Source: an uncultured Bifidobacterium sp.
Lineage (GTDB): Bacteria; Actinomycetota; Actinomycetes; S36-B12; UBA5976
Assembly (NCBI GenBank): GCA_964655115.1
Contig: CAZZKM010000001.1
Location: 27,708 to 91,707, forward strand
DNA: 64,000 bases
Direction of reading: 5' to 3'
The notes under the pieces were generated by a model that saw only the letters and a list, made by a program, of their open reading frames with translations, was not told the DNA's origin and searched no databases. The position numbers were made by a program, and so were the translations under genes. This document shows positions 10,862 through 19,034 of this stretch, in pieces. Numbering within the stretch: position 1 is the first letter of the stretch; every line of letters starts with the position of its first letter.

Positions 10862-11716
10862 ATGAGCGCTCAAGTCATTAGAGGTATTTTTGACGTTTTA
10901 AGTCTTAGTTCTGTATTAGTACTTTTAGTAATTGGCATGGCAATAATCGTTGGCATGATGAAAGTCTTTAATATGTGCCAAGGTGAATTAGTTCTATTAG
11001 GAGCTGTCACCGCTTATTTATGTAGTACTTATTTGAATAATTTGTGGATTGGTATTTTATTGGCACCAGTCGTAGTTGGATTTTTTGGATTATTTCTTGA
11101 GCGAACAATAATTCATCGTTTTTATTTGAACCCACAAGGTGCCTTACTAGCAACTTTTGCAATTGGATTAGTTATGCGTGAATCTCTTAGAACAAGGATG
11201 TCAACTCAATCTTCTCCGGTAGATGCCCCAATACAAAGTTCTATAAATATTGGAGGAGCTAATCTACCTATTTGGCGCATGGTAATTATGGTTGTAACAT
11301 TTTTACTAGCCTTTGCAATAGGTTATGTTTTACTTAAAACCAATTTGGGAGTAAAAGTTCGCGCTACTTTAGATAATCCAAATTTAGTTTCGGTATCGGG
11401 AATTTCAACTAAATGGATGTATGCAGGAACTTATGCATTTGGCTCAGCACTTTCAGGTTTTGCTGGAGCAATGATTGTGCCTTTGCAAACACTTTATCCA
11501 AATTTAGGTTATGACAATTTAATTTTGATGTTTATTGCAGTCATGATTGGGGGTTTGGGACAATTTGCTGGCCCTATTGCAGGAGCCGCATTAATCGCTG
11601 TTCCTGGAGCAATAATCGGACAATTCATAAGTCCTGTTAGTGGTCAATTATTAGTCCTATTTCTTGCGATCATTTTTATGAGATTTAGACCCGGTGGAAT
11701 TTTTCAAGGGCGGTGA
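10862..11716 (+). CDS. ABC permease, LivH/UrtB type
   Basis: Hydrophobic multi-TM protein with GMMKVFNMCQGELVLLGA and GVKVRATLDNPNLVSVSGIS motifs. Confidence 0.9.
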   Translation: MSAQVIRGIFDVLSLSSVLVLLVIGMAIIVGMMKVFNMCQGELVLLGAVTAYLCSTYLNNLWIGILLAPVVVGFFGLFLERTIIHRFYLNPQGALLATFAIGLVMRESLRTRMSTQSSPVDAPIQSSINIGGANLPIWRMVIMVVTFLLAFAIGYVLLKTNLGVKVRATLDNPNLVSVSGISTKWMYAGTYAFGSALSGFAGAMIVPLQTLYPNLGYDNLILMFIAVMIGGLGQFAGPIAGAALIAVPGAIIGQFISPVSGQLLVLFLAIIFMRFRPGGIFQGR

Positions 11717-11777
11717 TAGATAGGTTCCTTCGTAGTTTAAAAAAAGTTCGTAATCAAAAGATAATGGAGGGAAAGTT

Positions 11778-12986
11778 ATGAAAAAAGTCAAAATTGTTGG
11801 CTTTAGACGCAAAGCATTATTTGCAACGTCTTTAGTTACAGCGCTGATTCTGACTGCATGTTCACAAACTAGTAGTGAAGAAGCTGCTCCTGCAGAAAGC
11901 ACCGAACCAGTCAAAGTTGGAATTTTAACTGACATGACCGGTGCATTCGGAATTGTTGGAAAATCCAATGAAGCAGTAGCAAAATTCACTATTAATGAAA
12001 TAAATGAAAATGGTGGCGTTCTAGGTCGACAACTAGAAATGGTTTTAGCTGATAGCGCTACAGATGCAGCAATCGCAACACAAGTTGCAAGTCGTTTAGT
12101 AAATAAAGACAAGGTTGCGGTAGTTGTTGGTGGAGTTGCAAGCTTTACTCGTGTAGCAGTTCGCGATGTAATCGCAGATAAAGGCAACACTATTTATATC
12201 TGGCCAGCTTCTTACGAAGGTGGCGAATGTAGTCCAAATGTTTGGAATACAGGATCAGCTCCAAATCAACAAGTAGATCCAACTGTTGAGTACCTACTGT
12301 CTCAAGGAAATAAAACATTTTTCTTGGCAGGTAGCGATTATCTATATCCTCGAAATATCCTTGCTCGCGTCAGACAAGTTGTTGAAGCTGGCGGAGGATC
12401 AATCGTTGGTGAAGAGTATGTGCCACTTGACATGACAGATCCATCAAATCTTGTAAGCAAAGTACTTGCTGCAAAAGCTGATGTGCTGTTCGAAGTTGTA
12501 GTTCTTCCCGGAACTGCACCATTTATTAAAGGTGTGGTTGATGGAGGATTCAAAGGAAAGATTGCAGGAACTCTTTTCGATGAAGGTATTAATCCTCTAA
12601 TCGGAGCTCAAGCAGAAGGCTTGATTGGTGTGCAAGATTTCTACCTTTCAGTAGATGATCCTTTCACTCAATCTCAAGTAGCTAAATTCAATGAGCAATT
12701 CCCAGATGCTGCAGGTTTATTCTCTGCAACATTTAATGCTCCTGCTTGGTATCGCAGTATTTATTTGTGGAAAGCAGCTGTTGAAAAAGCTAATTCCTTT
12801 GATACTGCAGAAGTAAACAAAGCAATGGATTCAGTTTCACTTGAGCAATCAATTGGTGGACCTGTATCTTTCGAACCAGGAACAAAGCACGTTAATTTGC
12901 AAATGTATCTTGGTGAGTCAAAGGCTGATGGTTCAAACGTAGTGTTAAAGAGTTTGGGCAGCATCAAACCTTTGGAGTGTAAATAA
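11778..12986 (+). CDS. Substrate-binding lipoprotein, AmiC/UrtA (amide/urea) PBP1 family
   Basis: Lipobox LILTAC; YEGGECSPNV, TGSAPNQQ and GSDYLYPR match the amide/urea-binding subfamily; GGAGG SD. Confidence 0.88.
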   Translation: MKKVKIVGFRRKALFATSLVTALILTACSQTSSEEAAPAESTEPVKVGILTDMTGAFGIVGKSNEAVAKFTINEINENGGVLGRQLEMVLADSATDAAIATQVASRLVNKDKVAVVVGGVASFTRVAVRDVIADKGNTIYIWPASYEGGECSPNVWNTGSAPNQQVDPTVEYLLSQGNKTFFLAGSDYLYPRNILARVRQVVEAGGGSIVGEEYVPLDMTDPSNLVSKVLAAKADVLFEVVVLPGTAPFIKGVVDGGFKGKIAGTLFDEGINPLIGAQAEGLIGVQDFYLSVDDPFTQSQVAKFNEQFPDAAGLFSATFNAPAWYRSIYLWKAAVEKANSFDTAEVNKAMDSVSLEQSIGGPVSFEPGTKHVNLQMYLGESKADGSNVVLKSLGSIKPLECK

Positions 12987-13004
12987 GTAAGTAAGGATAA
13001 ATAA

Positions 13005-13976
13005 ATTAAGAAGAACAGGGTAAGGATCGGTTTCGGTATTATTTTTGTCGTACCGATCTTTACCCTGTTTCCATATTTATCTGGAGATGATTTTTTACTT
13101 CAAATAATTACCAGAATAATAATTTATGGAATTCTGGTTCTAAGTGTCGAAATGTGCTGGGGGCAAACTGGCATCTTTACTTTTGGCCAAGCAGCATTAT
13201 TTGGTTTAGGCGGTTACACAGTTGGTCTAATTACAAAAAATATTCCAATAACTGATATTGGTTTACTTTTGTTAATAGCCATAATTGTAGGAGCACTTGC
13301 GGGTTTATTAGTTGGAATTTTTTTGTTTTCAGGCAAAAGAGTTGGCGAACTTTATGTAGTTCTAGTTACTTTGGCTATTTCATATATTTGTGAAAGATTA
13401 GCTAATAGTTGGACTGTTCTAGGCTCAGGAAATGGAATTCCAGGAATTCCTTATCCAACAATTTTTGGCATTGAAATAAGTTCTACATTTGGCTTATTTT
13501 TATTAGCCTTTATAGCTTTTTCGCTAATTCTTTTATTATGTATTTATATTGTAAATTCTCAATTTGGCTTAACTATGAATGCAGTTCGAGATGACGAAGA
13601 GCGGGCTGAATTTTTTGGTTACCAAAGATCAAGAATTCAAATAGTTGTGTTTGTTTTTTCAGCAGTTTTAGCCTCTATAGGGGGTGCTTTATTTGCTCTC
13701 ACAGAAAGTTTTGTTTCTTCTGCAATGACTGGTTTAGCACTTTCCACCACAATTGTTTTATGGGTTGTGCTTGGTGGACGAGGCACATTCTTTGGACCAT
13801 TAATTGCACTTGCAGTTCTTCAAGTTGTGAACACAGAAATGCAAGAAGCGCTTCCAAGTTTGTGGCCTATTTTGGTTGGATTAATGTTACTTTTAGCGAT
13901 GATCTTTTTACCTAAAGGATTGATGTCTTTACCATCTGTCATCCGTGAATCTAGACGAAAAAAAGTAGTCAAATGA
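13005..13976 (+). CDS. ABC permease, LivM/UrtC type, with probable ATT start
   Basis: WGQTGIFTFGQAALFGLGGY and MNAVRDDEERAEFFGY motifs. The frame is open from ATT 13005, which lies 7 nt after TAAGGA, and this adds the missing N-terminal TM segments upstream of ATG 13152. The start position is inferred. Confidence 0.8.
   Translation: MKKNRVRIGFGIIFVVPIFTLFPYLSGDDFLLQIITRIIIYGILVLSVEMCWGQTGIFTFGQAALFGLGGYTVGLITKNIPITDIGLLLLIAIIVGALAGLLVGIFLFSGKRVGELYVVLVTLAISYICERLANSWTVLGSGNGIPGIPYPTIFGIEISSTFGLFLLAFIAFSLILLLCIYIVNSQFGLTMNAVRDDEERAEFFGYQRSRIQIVVFVFSAVLASIGGALFALTESFVSSAMTGLALSTTIVLWVVLGGRGTFFGPLIALAVLQVVNTEMQEALPSLWPILVGLMLLLAMIFLPKGLMSLPSVIRESRRKKVVK
13014..13069 (+). other. Long stem-loop after the SBP gene (mRNA stabiliser or attenuator), inside the permease 5' coding region
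   Basis: AACAGGGTAAGGATCGGT (13014-13031) pairs with ACCGATCTTTACCCTGTT (13052-13069): 18 bp including one G-U pair. Confidence 0.8.
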
Positions 13977-14707
13977 AGCTTTTAGAAGTTAATTCTGTAA
14001 CTAAAAAATTTGGTTCCTTGACCGCGGTTTCTAACGCATCAATGTTTGTTGATCAAAAAGAAATAGTTGGTTTAATTGGCCCAAATGGCTCAGGAAAATC
14101 TACACTTTTGCATACTATTTGCGGCAGAAGTTTTGCCACAGATGGAAATATTAAATTAAAAGATTTAGATATCACAAAGCAAGATCCACAATCTAGAGCA
14201 TTGTCTGGAATGGCAATAAAATTTCAATTAGCAAGAATTTATTTAGAAAAAACAGTTAAAGAAAATTTATTAATATCTTTACAAGCTAAACAATCTATTT
14301 GGACTCAATTACGAAGCAAGTCCAGAGAAATTTTCGAAAGTAAAATTGATGAGTTAGCTCATGAGTTTCAATTGTTTGAATATTTAAATGAACCTGCTAA
14401 GTCACTTTCTCACGGTCAACAGCAATGGCTCGAAATTGCCATGGCAATGGCTTCCGATCCAATTTTACTTTTACTTGATGAGCCAACTGCTGGGATGAGC
14501 CCAAAGGAAAGAACCGACACTTCAGTTTTGATAAAAAAAGCTTCACAAAAATGTGGAGTTTTAATTGTTGAACATGATTTAGATTTAATAAAACAAATTT
14601 GCAATCGTATTTATGTATTAAATCAAGGAAACATTATTGCAAGTGGCGCTGCTTCAGAAATTGAAAATAATCCTAAAGTAAAAGAGGTTTATCTAACCCG
14701 TGTCTAA
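13973..14707 (+). CDS. ABC ATP-binding protein, LivG/UrtD type
   Basis: GPNGSGKST, LSHGQQQWLEIAM and LLLDEPTAGMS motifs. Confidence 0.93.
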   Translation: MKLLEVNSVTKKFGSLTAVSNASMFVDQKEIVGLIGPNGSGKSTLLHTICGRSFATDGNIKLKDLDITKQDPQSRALSGMAIKFQLARIYLEKTVKENLLISLQAKQSIWTQLRSKSREIFESKIDELAHEFQLFEYLNEPAKSLSHGQQQWLEIAMAMASDPILLLLDEPTAGMSPKERTDTSVLIKKASQKCGVLIVEHDLDLIKQICNRIYVLNQGNIIASGAASEIENNPKVKEVYLTRV

Positions 14708-15404
14708 TAATTATTTAGAAGTAAAAAATTTATATGCAGGTTATGAAGCTAGCCAAGTTTTGTTTGACGTGTCTGTATCCATTCCAAAAACCGGTATTAC
14801 CGCAATAGTTGGTAGAAATGGTGCTGGAAAATCTACTCTGTTACAAACCATCATGGGATTTATTCAACCCTTGAGTGGAAGCATTATATTTAATGGCATT
14901 GATATAACTAAACATTCCACTTTTAGTAGGAATAAATTAGGTATTGGTTATGTTCCTCAGGATAGACCAGTTTTTTCAGACTTAACAGTAAAAGAGAACT
15001 TAATAATTGGGGCATCTCGATTACCGAAAAATCAGAGATTGAATTTAAATCCAGTATTAGAAATTTTTCCAAAACTTGCTGATCGTTTAGAGCAAAAAGC
15101 TGGAACCATGAGTGGTGGCGAAAGAAAAATGGTGGGAATTGCTCGAGCTTTAATTGCTCAACCGTCTTTAATTGTTATGGATGAACCAACTGAAGGTGTT
15201 TGGCATGGCGTTATTGACGAAATAAAAGATCGATTAATAAATTATAGTAAAGATCACGCGATAATAATTGTTGAACAAAATTTAGATTTTATTACGGCAA
15301 TTTCTACACAAATATTTTTGCTTGAAAGAGGCATTATTTCTCAAAGTGTTTTGACTAATGAAAAAAGCGAAATAGAGAAATTACGTAAAAAACTAACTGT
15401 TTGA
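14700..15404 (+). CDS. ABC ATP-binding protein, LivF/UrtE type
   Basis: GRNGAGKST, MSGGERKMVGIARAL and MDEPTEG motifs. Confidence 0.93.
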   Translation: MSNNYLEVKNLYAGYEASQVLFDVSVSIPKTGITAIVGRNGAGKSTLLQTIMGFIQPLSGSIIFNGIDITKHSTFSRNKLGIGYVPQDRPVFSDLTVKENLIIGASRLPKNQRLNLNPVLEIFPKLADRLEQKAGTMSGGERKMVGIARALIAQPSLIVMDEPTEGVWHGVIDEIKDRLINYSKDHAIIIVEQNLDFITAISTQIFLLERGIISQSVLTNEKSEIEKLRKKLTV

Positions 15405-15566
15405 TTTGCTGATTTAATTATTTCGAGCATAGATTTTGTCCAATTTTAAGAATAAAATAGAGTATTTCCCTAGAAAAATTGCTTTTAGAATTATTAAATT
15501 TTGCTCTGGTTAGATTAATGATTTTTATGTATTATGTTTAAAACCCTACTTTGCGAAAGAGTAAAT

Positions 15567-17288
15567 ATGGCTCAACAACCTTGGGTAGCAAATTATCCAA
15601 AAGGCGTAAGTCCGCAATTGGCACCAACAGATATTTCACATCTTCCAGATTTAATTCGTCGAGCAAGTAGTAATTATTCACAAAGCATTGCATTTACTCA
15701 ATGTATGCCAAATGGTATGAATGGTTCACTTACCTTTAAACAAATAGATGATTTGTCAGATGATTTTGCAGTTTATTTACGTGAAGTTTTGGGTTTAACC
15801 GCTGGAGAACGTGTAGCGGTGCAAATGCCAAATTGTTTAAGTTATCCAATTGTAGCTTTTGGAATTCTAAAAGCTGGGTGCGTGCTAGTAAACACAAATC
15901 CTTTATATACCGCAACCGAAATGATTCACCAATTTTCAGATTCTCAAGCAAAAGTTTTAGTAATAATAGATATGTTTGCTGATCGCTTACCTGAAGTTTT
16001 ACCAAAAACAAAAATTCAAACTGTAGTAACCGTCAAAGTTTCTGAATATTTTCCAACTTTAGCTGGAGGTCTAATTAGATTTGTTCAAAAAGTGGTTCAC
16101 AAATCAATACCAAAAATCACCGTTAAACATACAAAATTTAATCAAACTTTGAGTCAAGGCCATAGTCATACAAAAAGAAGTCAAGTACATGATTATGCAA
16201 AAGAAATTAAAGCCGAATCAATAGCTACTCTTCAATACACCGGTGGAACTACAGGAGTTTCAAAAGGTGCGATGCTGACTCATAAGAATTTGGTCGTAAA
16301 CACTTTGCAGATGATGCAAATGGTAGATAAATTCCTACTAGCCGGTAAAGAAACTATTATTACTGCATTGCCTCTGTATCACATTTTTGCTTTTACAGTT
16401 AATCTTTTAGGTCTTTATCATATGGGTGGACATAATATTTTAATTCCAAATCCAAGACCACCAAGCAATATGAAGAAGGCATTTGAAAACTACAAAATAA
16501 CTTGGGTTTCAGGTGTAAACACTTTGTATAACGCATTATTAAAGGAACCTTGGTTCTTAGAAAATCCACCAAAACATCTAAGTGCATCAGTTGCAGGTGG
16601 AATGTCATTACATCAATCAGTTGCAGATGATTGGCAAAAAGTAACTAATTCTCCATTAGTAGAAGGATTTGGTTTAACTGAATCTTCTCCAGTTCTAACT
16701 TTTAATCCACTTGGTGGAATTGCTAAACCTGGCTCAATTGGAATTCCGATGCCTTCAACAGATATTCGAATCGTTGATGAAAATGGCAAAGAAGTAAAAG
16801 TTGGTGAGTCTGGAGAATTAATTGCTCAAGGTCCACAAATAATGCTTGGTTATTGGAATAACGAAAAAGAAACAGCAAACACCTTAAGAAATGGTTGGCT
16901 ATATACAGGTGACGTTGCGCAAATGGATGATGATGGATATTTCAAAATTGTGGATCGCAAAAAAGACATGATCTTAGTCAGCGGATTCAATGTCTATCCA
17001 AATGAAATCGAAGAAGAAATTGCAAAACTTTCGTCAGTAAAAGAAGTTGGTGTAATTGGGTTGCCAGATGAAAACACTGGTGAAAGAGTTTGCGCTTACA
17101 TTGTGGCAGCAACCGGAACTTTAACTCAGGAAGAAGTTATTGCTCATTGTGAAAAATCTTTAGCAAGATATAAAATACCTAAATCAGTTGTTATTGTTAC
17201 GGAATTGCCTAAGAGTCCTATAGGAAAAATTCTTAGACGTGAGTTGAGAAAAGCTGAAATGAATCAACTCACAAACAAAAATATATAA
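15567..17288 (+). CDS. fadD: Long-chain fatty acid-CoA ligase (FadD type)
   Basis: LQYTGGTTGVSKGAMLTH, ALPLYHIFA, EGFGLTESSP, GWLYTGD, SGFNVYPNEIE and KSPIGKILRR motifs. The likely start is ATG 15567 (MAQQPWVANYPKG). Confidence 0.9.
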   Translation: MAQQPWVANYPKGVSPQLAPTDISHLPDLIRRASSNYSQSIAFTQCMPNGMNGSLTFKQIDDLSDDFAVYLREVLGLTAGERVAVQMPNCLSYPIVAFGILKAGCVLVNTNPLYTATEMIHQFSDSQAKVLVIIDMFADRLPEVLPKTKIQTVVTVKVSEYFPTLAGGLIRFVQKVVHKSIPKITVKHTKFNQTLSQGHSHTKRSQVHDYAKEIKAESIATLQYTGGTTGVSKGAMLTHKNLVVNTLQMMQMVDKFLLAGKETIITALPLYHIFAFTVNLLGLYHMGGHNILIPNPRPPSNMKKAFENYKITWVSGVNTLYNALLKEPWFLENPPKHLSASVAGGMSLHQSVADDWQKVTNSPLVEGFGLTESSPVLTFNPLGGIAKPGSIGIPMPSTDIRIVDENGKEVKVGESGELIAQGPQIMLGYWNNEKETANTLRNGWLYTGDVAQMDDDGYFKIVDRKKDMILVSGFNVYPNEIEEEIAKLSSVKEVGVIGLPDENTGERVCAYIVAATGTLTQEEVIAHCEKSLARYKIPKSVVIVTELPKSPIGKILRRELRKAEMNQLTNKNI

Positions 17289-17325
17289 ATTCAATTAATT
17301 TTAAATAGTAAATTAATTGAATTTA
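17286..17325. terminator. AT-rich inverted repeat after fadD
   Basis: TAAATTCAATTAATTT / AAATTAATTGAATTTA form a perfect 16-bp inverted repeat with an 8-nt loop, beginning at the stop codon. Confidence 0.65.
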
Positions 17326-17393
17326 AACTACCGGAAATCATTTTTGTCCTATGGGAATTGGTTATTATCTACAAACTTTATTAGGATAGTTAA

Positions 17394-17966
17394 GTGAAAT
17401 TAAAAACCCTCATAATATCTACCTTATCTTTAGTAGTCATTGCTTGTGGCTCAAATGAAAACAGAGGTGCATTTCTTGAAAGTCATGCCACAAATTATTT
17501 AACTCCTAAATGTCCAACTTCTGAAATAGAAACTAAAAACGCTAGAGGAATAATTGCTCCTGCTGTTTTAAAGTGTTTAGGTCATGATCAATTAGTAAAT
17601 TTGGCAGGTATTCAAAGTGATAAACCTATAGTCATTAGTTTTTGGGCTTCCTGGTGCACAATTTGTGCAGATGATGCAATTGCTTTTAATGCAGCATATA
17701 AAAAATTAAGTGGAAAAATTAACTTTTTAGGTATTGCGTATCAAGATAATGAAAAAGATTCTTTGCAAGCTTCTTATAAATGGCAGTTACCTTTTGCAAG
17801 TGTTCAAGATCCAAGAAGTCTATTAAGAGAGTTTTATGGAATTACTGGTTTGCCGATTACTTTATTGGTCGATAAAAACGGCAAATTGATCGAAAGAATC
17901 AATGGACCTATTGGTCAACCTCAAGAATTTATTAATCGATTAAATGAAAAACTAATTTCTTACTAA
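17394..17966 (+). CDS. TlpA/ResA-family thiol-disulfide oxidoreductase lipoprotein
   Basis: Lipobox LVVIAC, FWASWCTIC (CxxC) and YGITGLPITLLVD. GTG start lies 6 nt after TAGGAT. Confidence 0.9.
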   Translation: MKLKTLIISTLSLVVIACGSNENRGAFLESHATNYLTPKCPTSEIETKNARGIIAPAVLKCLGHDQLVNLAGIQSDKPIVISFWASWCTICADDAIAFNAAYKKLSGKINFLGIAYQDNEKDSLQASYKWQLPFASVQDPRSLLREFYGITGLPITLLVDKNGKLIERINGPIGQPQEFINRLNEKLISY

Positions 17967-18416
17967 TTACCAGCGCATCTTCACTTTATTGCAGTTAGCA
18001 TGCAACTGATCTTCTAAAGCTACGATTTGTCCATTTAATCCTGATCTAACATCAACTTGATCTTGTGGAAAGTAGGTAGAAGCTCTTGTGGCGTATAGAT
18101 TAGACATTTGTTGCATTAAATCTTTGCATACTCCATAAGATGCATTTGCATATTTTTTAATTTTTTCAGCTGCAGCAAATTCTCTGCCAGACATTGTTTC
18201 TGCTGAAATTTTTCCTAATACTCGATAATTATGTTCATTTATATAATGATTGTTATCAATTATGGCAAAATTTCTTAATTGTTTAGTGTTTGCAGTTTTT
18301 GCACATTTGCTGTCATCACTTGTGCATTTTTTTATTGGTAAGTAGGCAAAACTTGGTGATGAGAAAACAAATAATAGTAAGAAAGATGTAATCACTACTG
18401 AGATATTTTTCTTCAT
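17967..18416 (-). CDS. Secreted hypothetical protein with 4 cysteines
   Basis: Signal peptide ending PSFA, clean 149-aa ORF between two genes, no family recognised. Confidence 0.7.
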   Translation of the reverse strand: MKKNISVVITSFLLLFVFSSPSFAYLPIKKCTSDDSKCAKTANTKQLRNFAIIDNNHYINEHNYRVLGKISAETMSGREFAAAEKIKKYANASYGVCKDLMQQMSNLYATRASTYFPQDQVDVRSGLNGQIVALEDQLHANCNKVKMRW

Positions 18417-18437
18417 ATTCTCTTTCTATCTTAAATT

Positions 18438-18479
18438 TTTAGGGCCATTTCGCAATTTAACTCGCGAAATGGCCCTAAA
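18438..18479. terminator. GC-rich hairpin downstream of the histone-like gene
   Basis: TTTAGGGCCATTTCGC / GCGAAATGGCCCTAAA form a perfect 16-bp inverted repeat with a 10-nt loop. Confidence 0.8.
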
Positions 18480-18511
18480 GCTTTATGCCAAACAATTACT
18501 TAACTAATTAA

Positions 18512-18805
18512 TTACCAGCTAAGAGGATTGAATGGTGATGGTGCAGGAGTATCTGCTGCTGGTGCAGCTGGTGCTGCAGCCTTTGGAGCAGATTTCTTAG
18601 AAGATTTCTTTTTTGAAGCCTTCTTTTTTGTAGCTTTTTTCTTGGAAGATTTCTTTGCAGATTTCTTCTTAGCTACTTTCTTTTTTGTAACTTTTTTCTT
18701 GGAAGATTTCTTTGCAGATTTCTTCTTAGTTACTTTCTTTTTTGCTACCTTACGTTTTGCGCTCTTTTTAGAGGCGCGTTTTTTTGACTTCTTACGTGCT
18801 GCCAC
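18512..18805 (-). CDS. Lys-rich histone-H1/Hc2-like DNA-binding protein
   Basis: 39 Lys, 3 Arg and 1 Asp in 97 aa; KKK[VA][TA]/KKSAKKSS repeats and a Pro/Ala tail; GGAGG SD before GTG; downstream hairpin. Confidence 0.8.
   Translation of the reverse strand: MAARKKSKKRASKKSAKRKVAKKKVTKKKSAKKSSKKKVTKKKVAKKKSAKKSSKKKATKKKASKKKSSKKSAPKAAAPAAPAADTPAPSPFNPLSW
18641..18754. repeat. 57-nt tandem duplication in the histone-like gene
   Basis: Units start at 18641 and 18698 (CTTGGAAGATTTCTTTGCAGATTTCTTCTTAG...), with one mismatch over the first 47 nt; the unit encodes a 19-aa repeat. Confidence 0.85.
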
Positions 18806-19034
18806 TATTCCTCCGTACGGGGTGGAAATTACTGCATTTATTCTCGCACTACATAGATAGATAAAGAAAGCCAGACCCTAGTTTTTTTCAGGGCAAATAT
18901 GCACCTTTAACCCATAATTTTGTGCTTAATTTCAAGGTTAGAAAGCAAGTCTTTTAAAAACGTGTTACCTTGAAAATAGGAGGAAATAAAAAGGCCTCCC
19001 AAGATAGTTCTTCTAAAGGAGACAAAGAAAAAAG

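Larger units (their letters stand above)
9511..17325. other. Accessory block 3' of tRNA-Leu (amidohydrolase, amide ABC importer, acyl-CoA ligase)
   Basis: It interrupts the conserved backbone directly after a tRNA, and by eye it uses more CGN/GCG/CCG codons than the AGA-dominated core genes. No integrase or att repeat was found, and the right boundary is approximate. Confidence 0.6.

Noticed and set aside
10862-15404. Naming the ABC genes urtABCDE or livKHMGF
   Set aside because: The fold-level match is clear but the substrate is not. There is no urease nearby and the partner enzyme is an HDAC-fold amidohydrolase.
9511-17400. Active integrative element or prophage at tRNA-Leu
   Set aside because: No integrase, transposase or phage gene, and I found no duplicate of the tRNA 3' end. 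At most this is an old, immobile insertion.
18528-18860. Plus-strand 110-aa Phe-rich ORF
   Set aside because: It is the antisense shadow of the Lys-rich gene (AAA/AAG read as TTT/CTT). The SD and plausible protein are on the minus strand.
18930-18975. 9-bp inverted repeat TTTCAAGGT...ACCTTGAAA upstream of yccA
   Set aside because: The arms are short and AT-rich with a 28-nt spacer, and do not match the HspR, HrcA or LexA operators. It could be chance.
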